A DNA stretch of 64,000 bases from Dehalococcoidia bacterium (GTDB taxonomy: Bacteria; Chloroflexota; Dehalococcoidia; Lucifugimonadales; Australimonadaceae). Of the stretch, positions 63,469 to 64,000 are shown piece after piece. The notes beneath the pieces were generated by a model. The model saw only the letters and a program-made list of their open reading frames with translations, was not told where the DNA came from and searched no databases. Each line of letters begins with the position of its first letter. Position 1 is the stretch's first letter. A program made the translations under genes and the position numbers. Location: assembly GCA_034421335.1 (NCBI GenBank), contig DAOUKL010000102.1, positions 2,292-66,291 on the forward strand. Direction: 5' to 3'.

Positions 63469-64000
63469 TCAGCCAGTGGGGGCGGTTTCCCAGGGCGGGG
63501 CTTCCGCCCACGGCCTGAGAAAGGCCTCGATCTCCTTGATGTGCTCCTCGCTCTGCCCAGCCTGTGATGGAACGAACTGGGCCATGCGGGCCGGGTTGTT
63601 CATCGAGGGCCAGTGCTCGAGCGGGAGGCGGATGCACTCGTTCACCTTGGGGTCGCGCACCGTTCCCATGGGGTCGGCGCCGTCGGCGACGACGCTCATC
63701 TGCTCGGTGAGGAGCTTGCGGTAGAGGATGATGCCGCGGTCGGACTCGCCGAGGTGCTCACGGTGGCGCGGCGCGATGCCGCCCTGGGTGATCCAGGCGA
63801 CGAAGTCCTGGTGGTTGACTAGGTCTTCGATGAGCCTGCCGTCGTCGCCGTAGAGCGGGACGTGGTAGTAGGGAATCGTCTGCTGCGGCTCGACCTGCTG
63901 TCCGGGCACCGCCCGGTAGAAGAACCACGTTACGTGCAGCGTGTTCTCGTCGTCGACCGGAGTGCGGAACTGCATGGAGCACCGCACGGAACTGCCGACG
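63469..64000 (-). CDS. Rieske-type non-haem iron oxygenase alpha subunit, C-terminal catalytic-domain fragment (5' end outside window)
   Basis: ...FRTPVDDENTLHVTWFFY...DFVAWITQGGIAPRHREHLGESDRGIILYRKLL... resembles the C-terminal domain of KshA/VanA/phthalate-family oxygenases. The N-terminal Rieske part is not in the window. Confidence 0.55.
   Translation of the reverse strand, partial: VGSSVRCSMQFRTPVDDENTLHVTWFFYRAVPGQQVEPQQTIPYYHVPLYGDDGRLIEDLVNHQDFVAWITQGGIAPRHREHLGESDRGIILYRKLLTEQMSVVADGADPMGTVRDPKVNECIRLPLEHWPSMNNPARMAQFVPSQAGQSEEHIKEIEAFLRPWAEAPPWETAPTG

Overview
This is a high-GC bacterial chromosomal segment. Hand counts of typical 60-nt lines give about 70% G+C. Gene content and repeat style suggest a Chloroflexota-like aerobe, but that is inference only. 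All family calls come from motifs read in the supplied translations; no BLAST, HMM or structure search was run.

I support about 60 protein genes, one tRNA-Arg(TCT), no rRNA, no CRISPR array and no transposase. The only recombinase is a truncated XerC/D-type gene at the left edge.

Housekeeping genes: rpiB, uvrC, modABC, ccdA plus DUF3105, a complete Pho cluster (response regulator, histidine kinase, pstSCAB, phoU with a putative PHO box), dnaN with its own promoter and no adjacent dnaA, and a MacB-type ABC exporter.

Interleaved with these is a paralogue-rich accessory and catabolic set:
- 2 LLM/F420-type oxidoreductases
- 2 Gfo/Idh/MocA oxidoreductases
- 3 six-Asp-box BNR propellers
- 4 VOC/glyoxalase genes
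- 2 amidohydrolase-2 decarboxylase-like genes
- 2 SDRs
- 3 MFS transporters
- a PhtD-like protein, an isochorismatase-like hydrolase and a Rieske-oxygenase fragment

Best candidates for undescribed biology:
1. A three-gene secreted/membrane operon (16556-19127). Two proteins have a predicted signal-peptide junction AYA|HG, and the third is a Met/His-rich cupredoxin-like lipoprotein. This is a possible copper-handling system.
2. Two translationally coupled paralogues carrying an E / ExxH / E / ExxH pattern (ferritin-like di-iron signature), followed by an SDR (25766-28094).
3. A roughly 1-kb low-GC mrr (type IV restriction) cassette inserted at the 3' end of a VOC gene and bounded by a roughly 48-bp duplication of that 3' end (49768-50819).
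4. A lower-GC SppA / DUF4350-like / triple-repeat lipoprotein operon (39145-42871).
5. An orphan EutA-like ATPase next to an orphan MT-A70 methyltransferase (31389-33564).

Two genes carry single-base frameshifts in G/C-rich tracts, so they are either pseudogenes or assembly errors. Intergenic DNA is saturated with modular GC-rich hairpin repeats. These repeats, and the high GC generally, create many spurious long ORFs in the six-frame track.
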